Counted from the first letter of the whole stretch, positions 1 through 13,300 are shown. The stretch: DNA of 63,971 bases, filler included, from Sphacelaria rigidula (GCA_964200075.2; 7 parts of 7 records of this genome joined end to end with filler, not necessarily neighbours in it); one strand, 5' to 3'. Notes: generated by a model not told the origin, from the sequence alone. A program made the numbers and translations.

Positions 1-2115
1 CATGAGTCAACTCATTATACTAAAAGCGAGTAATTTCCAGACGAATCATTATTTGTCCGACCCTTGCAAGGTAGTCACGCATCTAGCGTGAGTGCGTAGC
101 TGCTTATGCTTGCGTTGAAATCGGGAAGACATTTTCCCGGTAGGACGTGAATGTTGACAAAAAATCATGACACTACCGGATGACCAAATCTTACGGGAAC
201 ACAAACGTCCTACAGAAAAACACTCCTGTCGAGTACGTTTCACAGACAAGGAGCGTGAAATCACTTTCGAAAATTGTGCATGTCATGCACGCGGGGGGAT
301 TTTGTATTGAGTGGTGAAGTTGTGTTGAAGCACACTGTTTTTTACGATTACACGACAGAAGACGCATGCCGGTGGTGAAAAACGCGATAGCTACCCAGCC
401 ACGACCATCCTTTGATCAAGACGAGGGTTGCTGGAAAGGGATATTTTTAACAGGTAGATACGAGTGAAAGCTGGCCGCATATCGGCTATGTACCGAGTGA
501 TGGGTCAGAGCAACGGATGAGGTTGGCTGTCTTTATTGATGACCGAAACATGACATGTACAACGCTGGTGCTTGTTTTTGGTTGCGGGCAAATGAAACGC
601 GAAGCAATTCTAGTCCACGTTGTGCCTGCGCAGCCTTACGGCAAGCAGAGAGAGTTGCGGCATATACGCAACAGCTTTGAGCCCAGTCACTGCTTATCTA
701 CACGCGCACAAGGCTTGTTACGATGGGAACCCATGCACTGCTTCGGGAGCTACGGCAATCCACGTCGGCATGAATGCTTTTACAAACGGTGCTGCTGCCT
801 TTCTGCTGCGGAAACCGACTGTAGAGTTCTGTACGTGCTACAATCAGTATGCTGTACTGATTGTTGCGGCAGCATTGCCTTCGAGTTCATTTTGCGCACA
901 AAACCTCGCTTGTCGATCTCTCATGGCTCCTTCAACAGCTCGAAATAGGGGGGTCTTCTCACAAACCCCCCAGAAGTGCACAGCATGTTGCCACGGCTCT
1001 GATTCCATGCCCACATGTCAATACAGTAATGCTCGGGGCAGGGTAGTGCGTGTTGGTGTGTCTTACGTTCTTGTCGTTGGTGAAGGCACACGTGACTGGG
1101 TTACTATACCAAGCAGTGCTATCAACATACAGGCTGGGTGCACTTAAGAGATCTGGAACGCTCGTATTTGCCGTGACGACAACGGGCATGCACTTTCAGT
1201 TGAAGCATTTTCCCGCAAGGTCGTGTTTTCGAAAACCGAGATGCAAGTATCGCACTTCTTGTTTCGTGGGCGTATTGTTTGTCACTATACGAAGCGGTCG
1301 AAAAACATGAATGGCGTGGAGCTATGAGGGCGGGCTTTGTGTTCACCACCCAAACTTTTGCCGTCAAGAGGAAATCATCAGACGCCGCTTTTGTTTTTAC
1401 TCGAGATACACGTTTTCATGCTCAAGGCCAATGTTCACAATACACAACGACCGGACGCGCTGCTGAGTTGATGTGTTTATACAAGAATTCATTGGTGACC
1501 GAACGTTCGCGGATCCATTTTTGCTTGGGTAAGTATCACCCGAGAATCAAAAACTCAGTTCGAAAAATTCACGAGTTACCGAGAAAACACGTGTTGCGAA
1601 CTACCCGAATATCTATACTTTCTGCGTGCCTCCGTATTTACGACACGTTATGTGGGTACTCGGGGGCAGAGCGTGGGTACCCACCACAAGTTCAGAATAA
1701 AACGCAGTGCAATGCACTAGCACACTAGCACACAACTCTACTGCTCCATGGACTGTACCGTGGTACAAACAGTACGGTATAGTGCAGGCGGTGCAATGTG
1801 TTGCAAAGCGGTGTGCCATGAAACAACAGGCGTGAATTGAATCGACCAACATCAATAGCAGATGTTCTGCGACACCTTCACGACCAGTAACTTAGCCATC
1901 TAAGGTGTGCCTCAGTCGACAGTCTTCGCTTTCACGTATCTTCCCTTCATCTTGTATATGCTGGAAAGTGACGGGTTAGTCCGCTACAATCGAAGCTGTG
2001 TCATTGCACGGTGCTTTGATACATTTTCAGTCTTCCTGAAAGGTTCACGAGAAGAACGAAATGATGCGGTTCGGACCGGCTCAAAATGTCCTCTCAGTCT
2101 CCACACTTGCTTTAA

Positions 2116-2213
2116 CCCTTAGACCGCGAGATTAGTCTTTCTGGATTATGCATACTTTTTTTCACTAGAAATTGATGCCGATTCAACCGAAGACTAACCT
2201 CGCGGTCTAAGGG
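2116..2213. mobile_element. piggyBac-type MITE (~98 bp) with TTAA target-site duplication
   Basis: TTAA|CCCTTAGACCGCGAGATTAGTCTT...AAGACTAACCTCGCGGTCTAAGGG|TTAA. Related decayed copies occur at 34517-34616, 52177-52275 (reverse) and 52530-52630. Confidence 0.85.
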
Positions 2214-2999
2214 TTAAGATGAGGATGCGGTCGATGTGTCAAAGGGTTCGCACATACCGGCATTGCAATTCAGGAGGCTATACCTAACTCCGGGATGCAC
2301 ATATGCACTCAAGTTAGGTCTCCAAAATCACTGACTCGCCTGCATTTCAAAGCGCCATTGGTCAGTGTGTTGACGTGTGTTGTCGTCCCATTTATTCTGG
2401 GCGCCGGTCTACACCTTTCCGTATATGTGGGCGCACCAGCCGGGGTCACACGGGAAGGTCAACACGGGAGCTTTTTCTTTTTTATTTGCTTCTGATACCT
2501 CACCTCCCTTCTGCGTTGCTTGTTTTTATTTTTATCGCGAGAGGGGTTCATCAGTTCCTTTCCCTCGTCGACCGTTAAGTCGGATTTTGTGTACCAACGA
2601 CAAAGTCGCTCTGCACTGTTACGGGTAGGAATGGAGGCCCTAACGACCAAAAATCAGCACAAGGTTTAAAATAAGAAATAACGCGGAGGAATAATGAACA
2701 CGTCAGTAGGTGGTCGGACCTGTCCCGATGCCCTCACGAGCAGAACACACACTTCATCACTTATTCAGTTGGTTTAGTATAGGAAAGCTGTAGCACTGGA
2801 GATCGAGCGGTTCTCGACACAGGAAGCAAGCCGGCCCACGGCACTTGACAGCCCCCCGCATACACACAAGATCTAGGGGCTAACATTTAGTATTTCGCTG
2901 GCGTCGCAAAAAAATCCCTCCCAGAGCAGGAAACACCCTATTTTAGTATATTTAGGTCATTGGCGAGTCAGCATCACGCATGAACGCTTCAATTGAACG

Positions 3000-3740
3000 T
3001 TGCGACATAGCTTGGGTGTGTGGGAAGCGCACGCAAGAAACCGCAGTCCCATCCCTCGCTTCGTTGCCGAGTTGTGAGCGGTGCGCGATCGGCACTTTCG
3101 GGTTGAGGATCAGTAGCGTATTTCGAGGCCGAAGATGGCAAATTCGAAAAAATTGGTGCGCATACTACTTTTCCTCCTGTACGCAAGTTGTGACAACATG
3201 CACTTGGGTTGCGTGCCCCCAGGCGCTGCTTTGTTCTGTGCGGCTGTGCACAAAGAGAAAACTCTTGAAGTGTCGAATTACAGAGAGAGAATTGACAGAA
3301 GAAGGACAAAGCTGGCGGCTGCTTCATGTCAGGGCTCCAGTGCAGAAGCCAAGGCGTCGAGAGCGATTTTAGTTCGAGTGTGTGTGTTACATCTGCTGGT
3401 GACCGCGGTCATGTATTTAGTAACTCTCTGTATGTACTATTATATTGTTAGTATCAGAATGAGATGCAAACTATCCAATGTTTGACAAGCCTCGTTTGGG
3501 GCTGCGTGTTTTTTTTCTTGCGGCGAGCAGTGTGTCATGGATGGCATTTCACTTTGTGACATGCCACCAGGTGCTGCTGCTTTGTTCTGTACGGGTGTGC
3601 ACGAAGGGCAACTTTGCCTTTCAACAGCGAATGCCCTTCATGTATTGAGTTGCAGAGAGCGAGGTCACACATGAACTTCGGTTGTTGTGTCTGAGGGTTT
3701 CAGCGGAGAAGCCAAGGCGCTAAGAGTGATTTTGATTTCA
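3000..3740. repeat. Dispersed repeat; reverse-complement homolog at 36615-36925
   Basis: TAGCTTGGGTGTGTGGGAAGCGCACGCAAGAAAC...GCAAATTCGAAAAAATTGGTGCGCAT is present inverted on contig 5. There is also a partial internal duplication (~3220-3370 vs ~3570-3735). Confidence 0.7.
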
Positions 3741-4329
3741 GACTGCGCACCATGTATGCCTAGGTCGGCAGAGCCATGATGTTTCAAGTAACTGCCTGTA
3801 CACATATTCGTACATACTGAAAACAGCGAAAAAATGACGTTGAAGATGTTGATCTGGACAGAGAGAATCAGACCGTGCCCAAGCGACTGACAAGATAGGA
3901 TTGCTTCCACTCATGCCATGACCCTGACCCCATGGAGCCCATGACAAATTCACTCTCCAATCCCGCAGTCATAGCTGTGTGTAGGACATGCAGCGCGTAG
4001 CCAATCCGCACAGCATTAGCCTCTTGATCGCCAACATCATCAGCATCGTTCTCAGTAGTTTTGGGATGCGCGACGCTGCTGCTCATGATCTCCAAATTTC
4101 CGTACTTTCTTGTTCTAGCACCATGTCAGGCACGCGTTCCACTGCAGTTACGTTGGTGTGTAGCAGCCACAACAGCTGCTGTTCGTGCTCTTTTGTTTGT
4201 TATCTCGCAGTGATGGTAAATGTGGGGTGGCAGCTCGCGGGCGTGTGCTTCCCGACTGGTACAGACAGAAGCGAGACACTATTAGCTAGTGCAACAAGAT
4301 TTTTCATCTACTGATGTGGGGCGAGCTTT

Positions 4330-4660
4330 CCGGAGGAACAAAGTGACCTCAACACCGACCACTTCCTGGCTTGAATAAATGTACTAGAAATATAGTTCAT
4401 TTTTTATCAGCCAAATCGTCATTTGTAGGTGACGCGTGTATTTTCCATTGATATGATTCGTTGGATTACGGATCATTTCTGACGCATGTAGCGTCCCGCT
4501 TGCACTTTCCATGAATATAGTACCCAAAATCTGCCTCCATTCCTACCCATAACTGTTGGACATTGTGTGAGAAAAAATCCCAGATCGCTCCGAGAATTGA
4601 ACCCACGACCTAACCGTCAGAAGGTTTCGAGGTTACCAACTGAGCCACCGGGGCGACCGG
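4330..4660 (-). mobile_element. tRNA-derived SINE
   Basis: The minus-strand head CCGGTCGCCCCGGTGGCTCAGTTGG...GTGGGTTCAATTCT carries Pol III A and B boxes but does not form a full cloverleaf. The body motif GGGTAGGAATGGAGGC recurs at ~2622. The 3' boundary is approximate. Confidence 0.65.
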
Positions 4661-6754
4661 TCAGTACTCCCAGGTCATTCTTTGACTGCTTCTGCCAGGC
4701 GAACACGCCTCACTTGAAAGGCTGTGTCCCCGCGTTCCACGTTTTCTCATAATTTCTTGCCTGCCACGGTGTGATTAAGGTTACAATGATGCACTCGGAC
4801 ATGATTTTCTGTCGACATCACTACCGCTGCCGATGTGTCGTTTTAGTACAGCGGTCGTGAAGCGTCTCGCCATGCCCATAACTACCTACGCTCATGTCTA
4901 CCTCCACGAGTTTGGATGAGCTGAGCACACAGAAATCTCAACAGGTTTTTGTTGGCTTGGTTGGACAGCATTAAACGGTACTTTTCTATAAGCAAGGTCT
5001 CTGGGTTCCGTCAGTGTGTCGATAGAAACGTATTTTGGGCTCTGTTTACCACAAACGATGTGACGGTCTCCATTCTGGGACTGTAGTGTGCTGTCGTTCA
5101 TGTGCGAGTAAGGCGTGTAATTCATGACGGATTATGGAGGAGCAAATTTGGTGTTTGTGATCTTTCCTCGGGGCAATGAGCCGGCCAGTAAATCGAAGCG
5201 TACACAAGCCTCGACACAACCTGTACTACAGGGTATCAAAATCGTCGCGCTTGTGTTGGGGTGGTCACCTGTGAGCGTTTGCACCCAAGGCTAGCTTGGC
5301 CTGCTAGGCACTGCACCTTGTGCCTTGGGGATTTGAAAACTTAGAAGAACTCCTAGGGCATGATGATGGATATTTTGGGATCTTGATATGTATATATATA
5401 TATTCTCATGAGTTGGGAGCAAAAACAAGCTCCAGCTCACACAAGCGCCTCTACCTCATGAAGAAAACCTGGAGGCCCCAATTTTTCGTTTCACTCTGAT
5501 CTAGCAGTTCTCCATACTAATATTTTTCGTGTATCTCTCAACAGAGGTGAGCATTCCAGACTTACAGGCTGGGTCAACCTAAAAACGGAGATGTATTTTT
5601 GTAGACCACTTAGCAGCTCACTCTTGAGGATCGTGCTTCGAATTTTTCGTGTGGATAATCGAAAAGGGCATAATGATGAGGGATACTGGATTTGTACTTC
5701 ATCAGTTGAGGACGTTTCGGAGTATCGAGAACCATTCGTTTTCACGGCAGTCCTTAGCTCGTGAAAAATCCCCGCAGAGTCTCAAAATTTGTGTATTATC
5801 ATGCCCTTTCAATTCTCCATACCAAACTTCAAAGCACGACTCTAAGAACTGAGCTGAAGAACTGAGGTTTTGTGTGCAGTGAAAAAGGGCAGAAGCAAAT
5901 ACTGATATGTGACGAAAACGTCCCCCAACTCATTAAAACAAGAGCCTGGAGATGCGGTTATTTATTTGTTTGCCCTTCCAATATTCCGTCTCATTTCTCC
6001 AGGCATGATTGTCGAAACTCAGACGCAAAATCCAGATTCAGTGGATGTAGTGCCTCTCTTTATGATATCTTGAGTTTTTGGGATATTTAATGGCCCATAT
6101 GTCTAGGTATATAATTAATGAGACAAAGGTGAGGGTATCGATCGTTTTCCCGTGCTGCAAAGAATGCCGTATTCAGTCAACGAGAATATTTGACCGTGCT
6201 TTTGAGCAGATGGGCATTTGACCCTTGATCAGACGATAAATAAGATGTGCGGATCACGGCCAGGTTCGTCTGCGTTGATGAGATACGGGAGTGAGAGCTT
6301 GAGTCCGTATTGAGGTTAGCCGAACAGGCAGGAAGAAGCAAAGGGGTTGCGTGGCAGTCTCTCTTTCAAGCATGGAGGAAAAGCGTGATCTTGTGTACTA
6401 CATACCAAATGAACGATGCGCAGAGTGCCTGAACGACAAGCTTGCCTTGCGCGACGGCATTCTGCCTTGGCATAACGAGCGTGGGTCGTCGTTGCCACTT
6501 CCATTCATCTCTCGCATCCCGCTCTTATTCCCCATTTACACTCAGGCGCTGGCAACCAACTCATGCGGACATTTTCACGCGATGGATCGAGGCGCTGTGA
6601 GATAAATTCAAGATCCGCCAGGCTTCTTGACATTTATCAGAAACGGCATCTTCTTTGCGGATTTGTATGCGTTGTGTTTCGTGGAGATGGCGTCTTTCAT
6701 GGCAGCCTCGTCAGCATTGAGGAGGGGGAAGAAGCTTTGTCGAACGATGGTTAT

Positions 6755-8333
6755 GGGAGGTTTCGAGTGTGTGGTGAATTTCAGTGTATCGGTGGTAAAT
6801 GTTTCCCGCAAGCGCCGTGGGTACATCGATCCGAGTCGGTAACTCCCGCTGTTTTGCCCCGCAAACTGTGTGTCGACACACACGACGGGCCGCGTTCGTG
6901 CTGGTAGGTGTACAGCGTGTTGATTGCGTCCCCATGACCGGATGTCGTCAGCCTCTGAGCACCGTGTCGTGTACTCCGTACTCCGTTGCGGGGCACACGA
7001 CGCCTCACGAACGTAATTCGAGGGTCGAGAAGCACACGCGCCGAGGCGTGTGTGCGTGAGGGAGTGTTGGGATCGGTGAGTTTTTTGTTTTGTTTGTTCT
7101 TGTGGGTTTTCGATTGTGCGGTGGAGGCATGTGTGCGTGAGGGAGTGTTGGGAGTACTGTGTGTGGGAGGGGTTTTTCTATTGGACGTTCGAGTATGTAT
7201 GAGATTTGAGTGTACTGATGGTATATGTTTTCCCGTAAGCGCCGTGGGTACATCGATGCGAGTCGGTGTCTCCAGCTTTTCGTATCCGCAAACTGTGTGT
7301 CGACATACACGACGGGCCGCGTTCGTGCTGGTAGGTGTAGAGCGTGTTGACTGCATCTCGATGGTCGGATGTCGTCAGCCTCTGAGCACCGTGTCGTGTA
7401 CTCCGTACTCCGTTGCGGGGCACACGGCGCCCCACGAACGTAGTCCGAGGGTCGAGAAGCACATGCGCCGAGGCGTGTGTGCGTGAGGGAGTGTTGGGAA
7501 TGCTTTTTACTTGGGGAGGGTGTTTTTTGTAGTTTTTCGATTGTATGGTGAAGAGGTTTGTACGTAGGGGAGTGCTGAGGGTGCCATGTGTTGGAAGGGT
7601 TCTCTTTTTGGGCTTTGGGGTGTGTAGGGAATGTTTCTCGCAAGCGCCCAGGGTGCATCGATGCGAGTCGGTGTCTCCAGCTTTTCGTATCCGCAAACTG
7701 TGTGTCGGCACACACGACGGGCCGCGTTCGTGCTGGTAGGTGTAGAGCGTGTTGACTGCATCTCGACGATCGGATGTCGTCAGCCTGTGAGCACGGTGTC
7801 ATGTGCGCCGTACTCCGTCGCGGGGCACACGAGGCCTCACGCACGTAGTCCGAGGGTCGAGAAGCACACGCGCCGAGGCGTGTGTGCGGGAGGGAGTGTT
7901 GGGATCGGTGAATTAGTGTTTTGTTTTGTTCGTTCTTGTCGGTTTTCGATTGTGCGGTGGAGGCATGTGTGCGTGGGGGAGTGTTGGGAGTACTTTGTGT
8001 GGGAGGGGTTTTTCTATTGGGCTCTCGGGTAGTATGAGATTTGAGTGTACTGATGGTGGATGTTTCCCGTAAGCGCCGTGGGTACATCGATGCGAGTCGG
8101 TGTCTCCAGCTTTTCGTATCCGCGAACTGTGTGTCGACACACACGACGGGCCGCGTTCGTGCTGGTAGGTGTACAGCATGTTGACTGCATCTCGACGATC
8201 GGATGTCGTCAGCCTCTGAGCACCGTGTCGTGTACTCCGTGCTCCATCGCGGGGCACACGGTGCCTCACGAACGTAGTCCGAGGGTCGAGAAGCACACGC
8301 GCCGAGGCGTGTGCGCGTGAGGGAGTCTCGGGA
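6755..8333. repeat. Tandem array of four ~272-bp conserved cores (6801-7072, 7227-7499, 7633-7904, 8062-8333) with ~135-155-bp spacers
   Basis: Core GTTTCCCGYAAGCGCCGTGGGTACATCGAT...GCACACGCGCCGAGGCGTGTGTGCGTGAGGGAGTGTTGGGA repeated at periods of 426, 406 and 429 bp. Spacers 1 and 3 resemble each other; spacer 2 is divergent. Confidence 0.95.
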
Positions 8334-9054
8334 GTGGCTTTTTGGATGGGCGTTTTTTCGTCATATTACGACCGGGAGGGTGTGTCTACTTGTCATATGT
8401 AGCAGCAGTGGGAGCGGTTCTGATTGAGTATCATGTCCGAACAAACAGGCACCAGCAGCATTGGTTGCACGAATGCCGGTGGCGTCATGGTCTCTCGCGT
8501 TATTCGTTGTTACGTCCGGCATAAATATTCAAGCCTGTTTTCGTAAGGTTCACAACGGCGAAAATCAACGTGGCACATGCTATGTACACACACAATGTTC
8601 CCGCGGGTCGGCGCGGTTTGATAATTTTCCCTACCTTTCGTACTGTACGATTCATGAGTCGTACGGTAAGGAGCAAAAGGCGGCGAGTCATCTCTATTGC
8701 ACCGGATAATATCTCCGGTGGTACACTGGAATCTGTGACAAGAAATTAGCATGTGTCTGGTCTCTATATTTCTGTGAGTCTGTCGGACGCATCCAGAGCT
8801 CACTCTGGGCATTTTTCAAACTCTCCCATCTTTCACCCCTGACGTTTGACCGGTGCAGTAACGACTACCGACATCCATCGCGCAAATGCCCTGCCTCGGC
8901 CATACTCAACTTCCCGGGGTAGCGTGTGTCGACTTCTCACTTTTATCCCACCTACCCTAATCTCGAGGGGTGTTATTCAGCATACAACAGTGTTTTCGTG
9001 AGATTGAGAGTAGATGATACGATTGAGAGTGGCTTTGATCATTCGCTTTAAGTG

Positions 9055-9154
9055 NNNNNNNNNNNNNNNNNNNNNNNNNNNNNNNNNNNNNNNNNNNNTT
9101 AATTAATTAANNNNNNNNNNNNNNNNNNNNNNNNNNNNNNNNNNNNNNNNNNNN
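9055..9154. other. Artificial contig linker N44-TTAATTAATTAA-N44 (also at 18209-18308, 27362-27461, 36515-36614, 45668-45767, 54820-54919)
   Basis: Six identical 100-bp linkers carrying six-frame stop codons, separating segments of monotonically decreasing length (9054 to 9052 bp). Confidence 0.98.
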
Positions 9155-9552
9155 CTCTCCCAAGAATCCAATTCTGAGAGGGGGGGGGGGGGGGGGGGTG
9201 ATGGCACGAAAAAAGGCTCATGGGCGTGCCAGACGACCTAACACACGGACGGTACGCTTGTATTTCGGCCAAAACGGTGCCAAGTAGTGTAAGTGAGTTA
9301 TATTTATCGGTAACCGCCTACGAACAACCGTTGCTGCCTTCTGGAGAAAGGTCCAAAAAATCTCTTCCCCTCCTCCCCCGTCCCGGCCCCTCCGCCTGGT
9401 CCGGCGAGAACCATATTCCGTCCCGGCTTTGTAGGGGCGGACCCCCGATGGCGTTGGCGTCGGTTGGCGATAGCGCTATAAAACAGACCACTCACGGCGT
9501 CAGCCAGGCAACCAGGTCACCGTTTTTTTGCGCGCTTGCGTTTTTTTTGCGG

Positions 9553-9947
9553 TAACCATGATGGTAGTCGAGCTAGATCATGTTGTGCGGCGTGGGGTAA
9601 CCTCAACTCCGCACAATGGGGATGATCGTAGTACGTAGTGTTTACATGATGAGACACCCATGAGGCGGTGTATTAGACGTGGCTGTCTCTGGAAGTGGTC
9701 ATATCAAACAATGAAGCGACTCATTGTAGGCTATCATCCAAATGCAAGATAATCAGTAAACTTCGGGCCGAACAATCTTAGCAGAATGCAGACCCTTCAT
9801 GCGACCCGCCGAACACCCCACGGCGCTTCGCGCTTGGTGATTGAGTGTGAGCCTGGTCCTGCGAAAACCCGGCGTGCTCGGTCCCGGCTTTGTAGGGATG
9901 CGAGGTCAATGGCCTTATGACTATGACATGCATGATCATGAGTACAT
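9553..9947 (+). mobile_element. 3' end of a second LINE-like family
   Basis: Homologous to 57262-57461 joined with 58806-58938. The terminal ~95 bp (CTGGTCCGGCGAAAACCCGGCGTGCTC...GCATGATCATGAGTA) recurs at 46856-46948 (-), 57009-57110 (-) and 57155-57246 (+). A shared 3' end with variable 5' truncation suggests retrotransposition. Confidence 0.65.
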
Positions 9948-10300
9948 ACACCCTCCCCCCCCCCCCCCCCCCGGTCCTTATCGTAGGATGACTCCCAACA
10001 AACCTCTTGGCACCAGGATGTATACAGGCATCAACAAGTATTGATTTGTTGCAGAAAATAGGTCATTTGACGTCTTCTATGGGCCCGACCTCAGATCGTC
10101 ATTGAAGCGCTACACCGTACCCTGGGTGAGTCTCAGGCAGATTATTGAGCGGAAATATGCAAACGCCCACATACACGATTGAATAAAATGGGTCTCACGC
10201 AGTATCATCCTCGTACCAATTTTCCGTCTGACTAACTCGGACAGTCGTCTCAATCACGCGGGAAGTATTTTGTCTTAACGTACGTCATGTCAGCACGTAC

Positions 10301-13300
10301 CAAGTCGTAGGTACCATCGTCTCTGGGATAAGTACGTGCGCCAGTGGATGAGAAGACCTTTCCGACATTCAATCGGCGATCTAGTTCATAGCAGTTGCGC
10401 ACGTCCGCTTCCCTCCTACCCAGAACGGGCCTATCGCCAGAAACGACGAGCGCTGTGTAGCCCGCCGCAGTAGCTCGTTCTACCGTCTGTGCGATGATGC
10501 TGCGGGTCTGGGATGTCACGAAACCGACACACGCCAAGCACAGCACAGCACAGCACAGCGGAACCTTTGACGTCGAAGTAACGATGCTGTTCTACCCGTG
10601 AGATGAGTGCTTCGCCAATCATCAATATTAGTTTCAAGCCTAATTACCGGCGTGCTACTTAGCAAACAGTAGTGTCATACGTATCCTGTACTCGAACGAT
10701 TGCAATTTTCTTTCAAGCATAAAGATCCTCCGGTGCGCGTACACAATGCGGCACAAGTGTGACCCCTTGCCTTGTTGCCATTTCCGCGCAGGACGGGAAG
10801 TTTGGCAGGATAATCTACGGCAGCAAATACTGGCAGTGCAACAGTATTCGCGACTGGCCGTACCTGCGCTTTGTAGTGCCAGCCAGCATTTTGCAGTGTC
10901 AGAATCTCCCAATGTCACCGATAACCAACCATCGTGGTACACGAGGCGCTACAATACGTAGCGCATGCAATCTAGAGCACACACGAAGCCCGGTGAGCGT
11001 GTGCACATGTAAAATGTTGAAGGTGAACAGTTAGGTGTACAGTTCGTTGTACAGTTCGTGCCTTCAAAGATGACAGGGACAGTTGCAGCCAACGGCCCAT
11101 GCTGCTCACGCTACCCATGCTGGATTCACCGGCAGCTGCAATATCCTCGAGCGATGTCGTGGCTGAGAGACTGACCGTCATGAGCGTGTTGGTGGTTTTG
11201 GCAGCTCTTGCCGTTGCTTCCTCTCCATCGCCCCCGTGCGCGGCTCGATGTTCGGCTTCCCATACAGTGTTCCCACACAGTGCAGTGCAGCAAATTGGGT
11301 AGAGTATGACCAAGGGGGTGCACAATAGGATACCCTTGTCATTGAGGCTTGTGCTGGTCGGCAGCTGCTCTGCAGTGGAACAGTGTTATTGACTTTCGAT
11401 ACGACCACCTATCCGCGATCGCAACAAGTCAACCAGTCAACAAGTCCAGGTGTTGGTGTCCGCATGCTCACACGATCACGTGTGCGGGCTAAGCATGAAA
11501 TATATAGCGCTCACTTAACTGGCATTTTGATGCAAGACCGGAGGCTGGCTAAACGGCACAAAAGTTCTCATGTGTTCTCCATTTAGACTGACATGACGTG
11601 TTCATGTGTTGACGTGTTGACGTGTTTGTCGGAAAGCCTCGCTGAGTAAACAGAAAACTAAAAGTATGTTGTATGACTACGATATGACTAGGACTACCGG
11701 TGCTCAGGAGACGAAAAGATGGAGAAATAACACGTTCACGGTCCCGGCGATTCGCTCAAAACACTTGTTGAAAACTCGTGGATGAAGTAAAAACGTAAAC
11801 CACGTTGCGTGTGTGCTGAGTGCCTCGACCCTCCATGTTTACTAGTGCAGTACAAGTACGGCATATGTGCCAAATGATGTGACGGTCTAACCTGTTGGAG
11901 CAATGGCGATGGGTGAGGAAAGCTTTTCTCCCAGGATGGTGACCTTGATGTTGACGTTGGCCACGTCTCGCAGGATCCGCGGTCGCAAACGTAGGCGGTT
12001 GTACGCGGCGCTGGGTAAAGTTGGAGCGTGTTTCCGAAGCCACACCAAAGCAAGAAGGAAAAAAATCCAAGGGTCGTGAGGATTGAACCGCAGCGCCTAA
12101 CAACAGCGATGTCAGTTAAACCAACAGAGAAAAAAACGGAACGTATGCACTATTAATAGGCGTGCCGGCAGCCCTGTTGAAACTGAATGTGACCATGCCC
12201 ACTTTTGGATCGTGGTGCACAAAAGCAGAGGAAAAGTTGTGGTCATTTGACAAACTCGCCAGCAGCGTGCCATCATCTGCTCGATTGAGTCGAGCAGTCC
12301 GTTGGACCACCTGGATCTTAGGCCTCACATAAGCGCCACACCCCTACTATAGATGGAAACATGTTTTATGACGTCTTTATTAGCGTACCATCTGGATGCC
12401 CCTAGCGAAAAGTCATCATCGGGATGCCGTCACTCGTACGCCGTTTGCCGTTTCCGGTGTACCGAGTGCCGATTGCCGATATTCGATCGGCGACTAGCAG
12501 CTATGACTACGGATTCAAGTTGAACGGAAAGTTAAAGGTTCAACTTGAACGTCGGGCCTACATGCTACAACCTTCAGTTTGAATTTCAATGCCAAGCCTT
12601 CAACGTCAAGGCCGGCTGGATCTTCACCTCGGAGTCCTGAGATTGCAATGGAAGGGAAGCTGAAGGCCTCACGTCAATTTGGAGCTTTTACCTCAAAGTT
12701 TATCTCCAAGGTCGAGCTTCAGTTGAATTTATACGTTGTGGTCCAAGGGGACCCCCAACGTGTAGGAGGAAGCTTAGCAGATATACCATGCGTGTTTCAA
12801 CGACAACAATACACACACATATTGCAGTTAGATTTGCTCTGAGTTCCGTTCCCTCCACACAGAGATCGTTTTAGAGTATGTCTCTTTTGGAGTCATTTTG
12901 TTCTCTTGAGCTCCGAGAAGCCAGCATTTGAAGGACAAGCCGGGTAGGGTATAGCCAATGGTCGGGTACTTTTGAAAAGTCATACTCCTAGAACCAAACA
13001 CGTGCGTGGGTAGGGTATATAAATCGTACCCAAACAACCCAAATTTTGGGTAGAGTATTGAGATCATACACAAGTGATACTCCATACCCAGGTACTGCTG
13101 AGAGCTCTTACCCAAAATTTGGGTAGAGTGTTTGAGGTCCTATCCAATTTTAGTAGAGTATTGAGTTCATATCCGAGTTATACTCTGTACCCAGGTATTG
13201 CTGAAAGTGCTTCACCCAATATGGATAGAGTATTTGAGGTCGTACCCAGTCTACCCAAATTTGGGCAGAGTATTTGAGACCGTACCCAATCTACCCAACT

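Noticed and set aside
4575..4660. tRNA gene
   Set aside because: A and B boxes are present but there is no proper acceptor or anticodon stem, and it continues into a dispersed-repeat body, so it is treated as a SINE head.
7005..8144. 379-aa ORF and overlapping ORFs in the tandem array
   Set aside because: Several frames on both strands are open because of the GC-rich repeat, frames shift between units, and there are no protein motifs.
6801..8333. Hammerhead ribozyme in the tandem core (minus-strand CTGACGA ... CGAAA)
   Set aside because: The stem II closing pair is wrong and I could not form stems I and III with a UH cleavage site.
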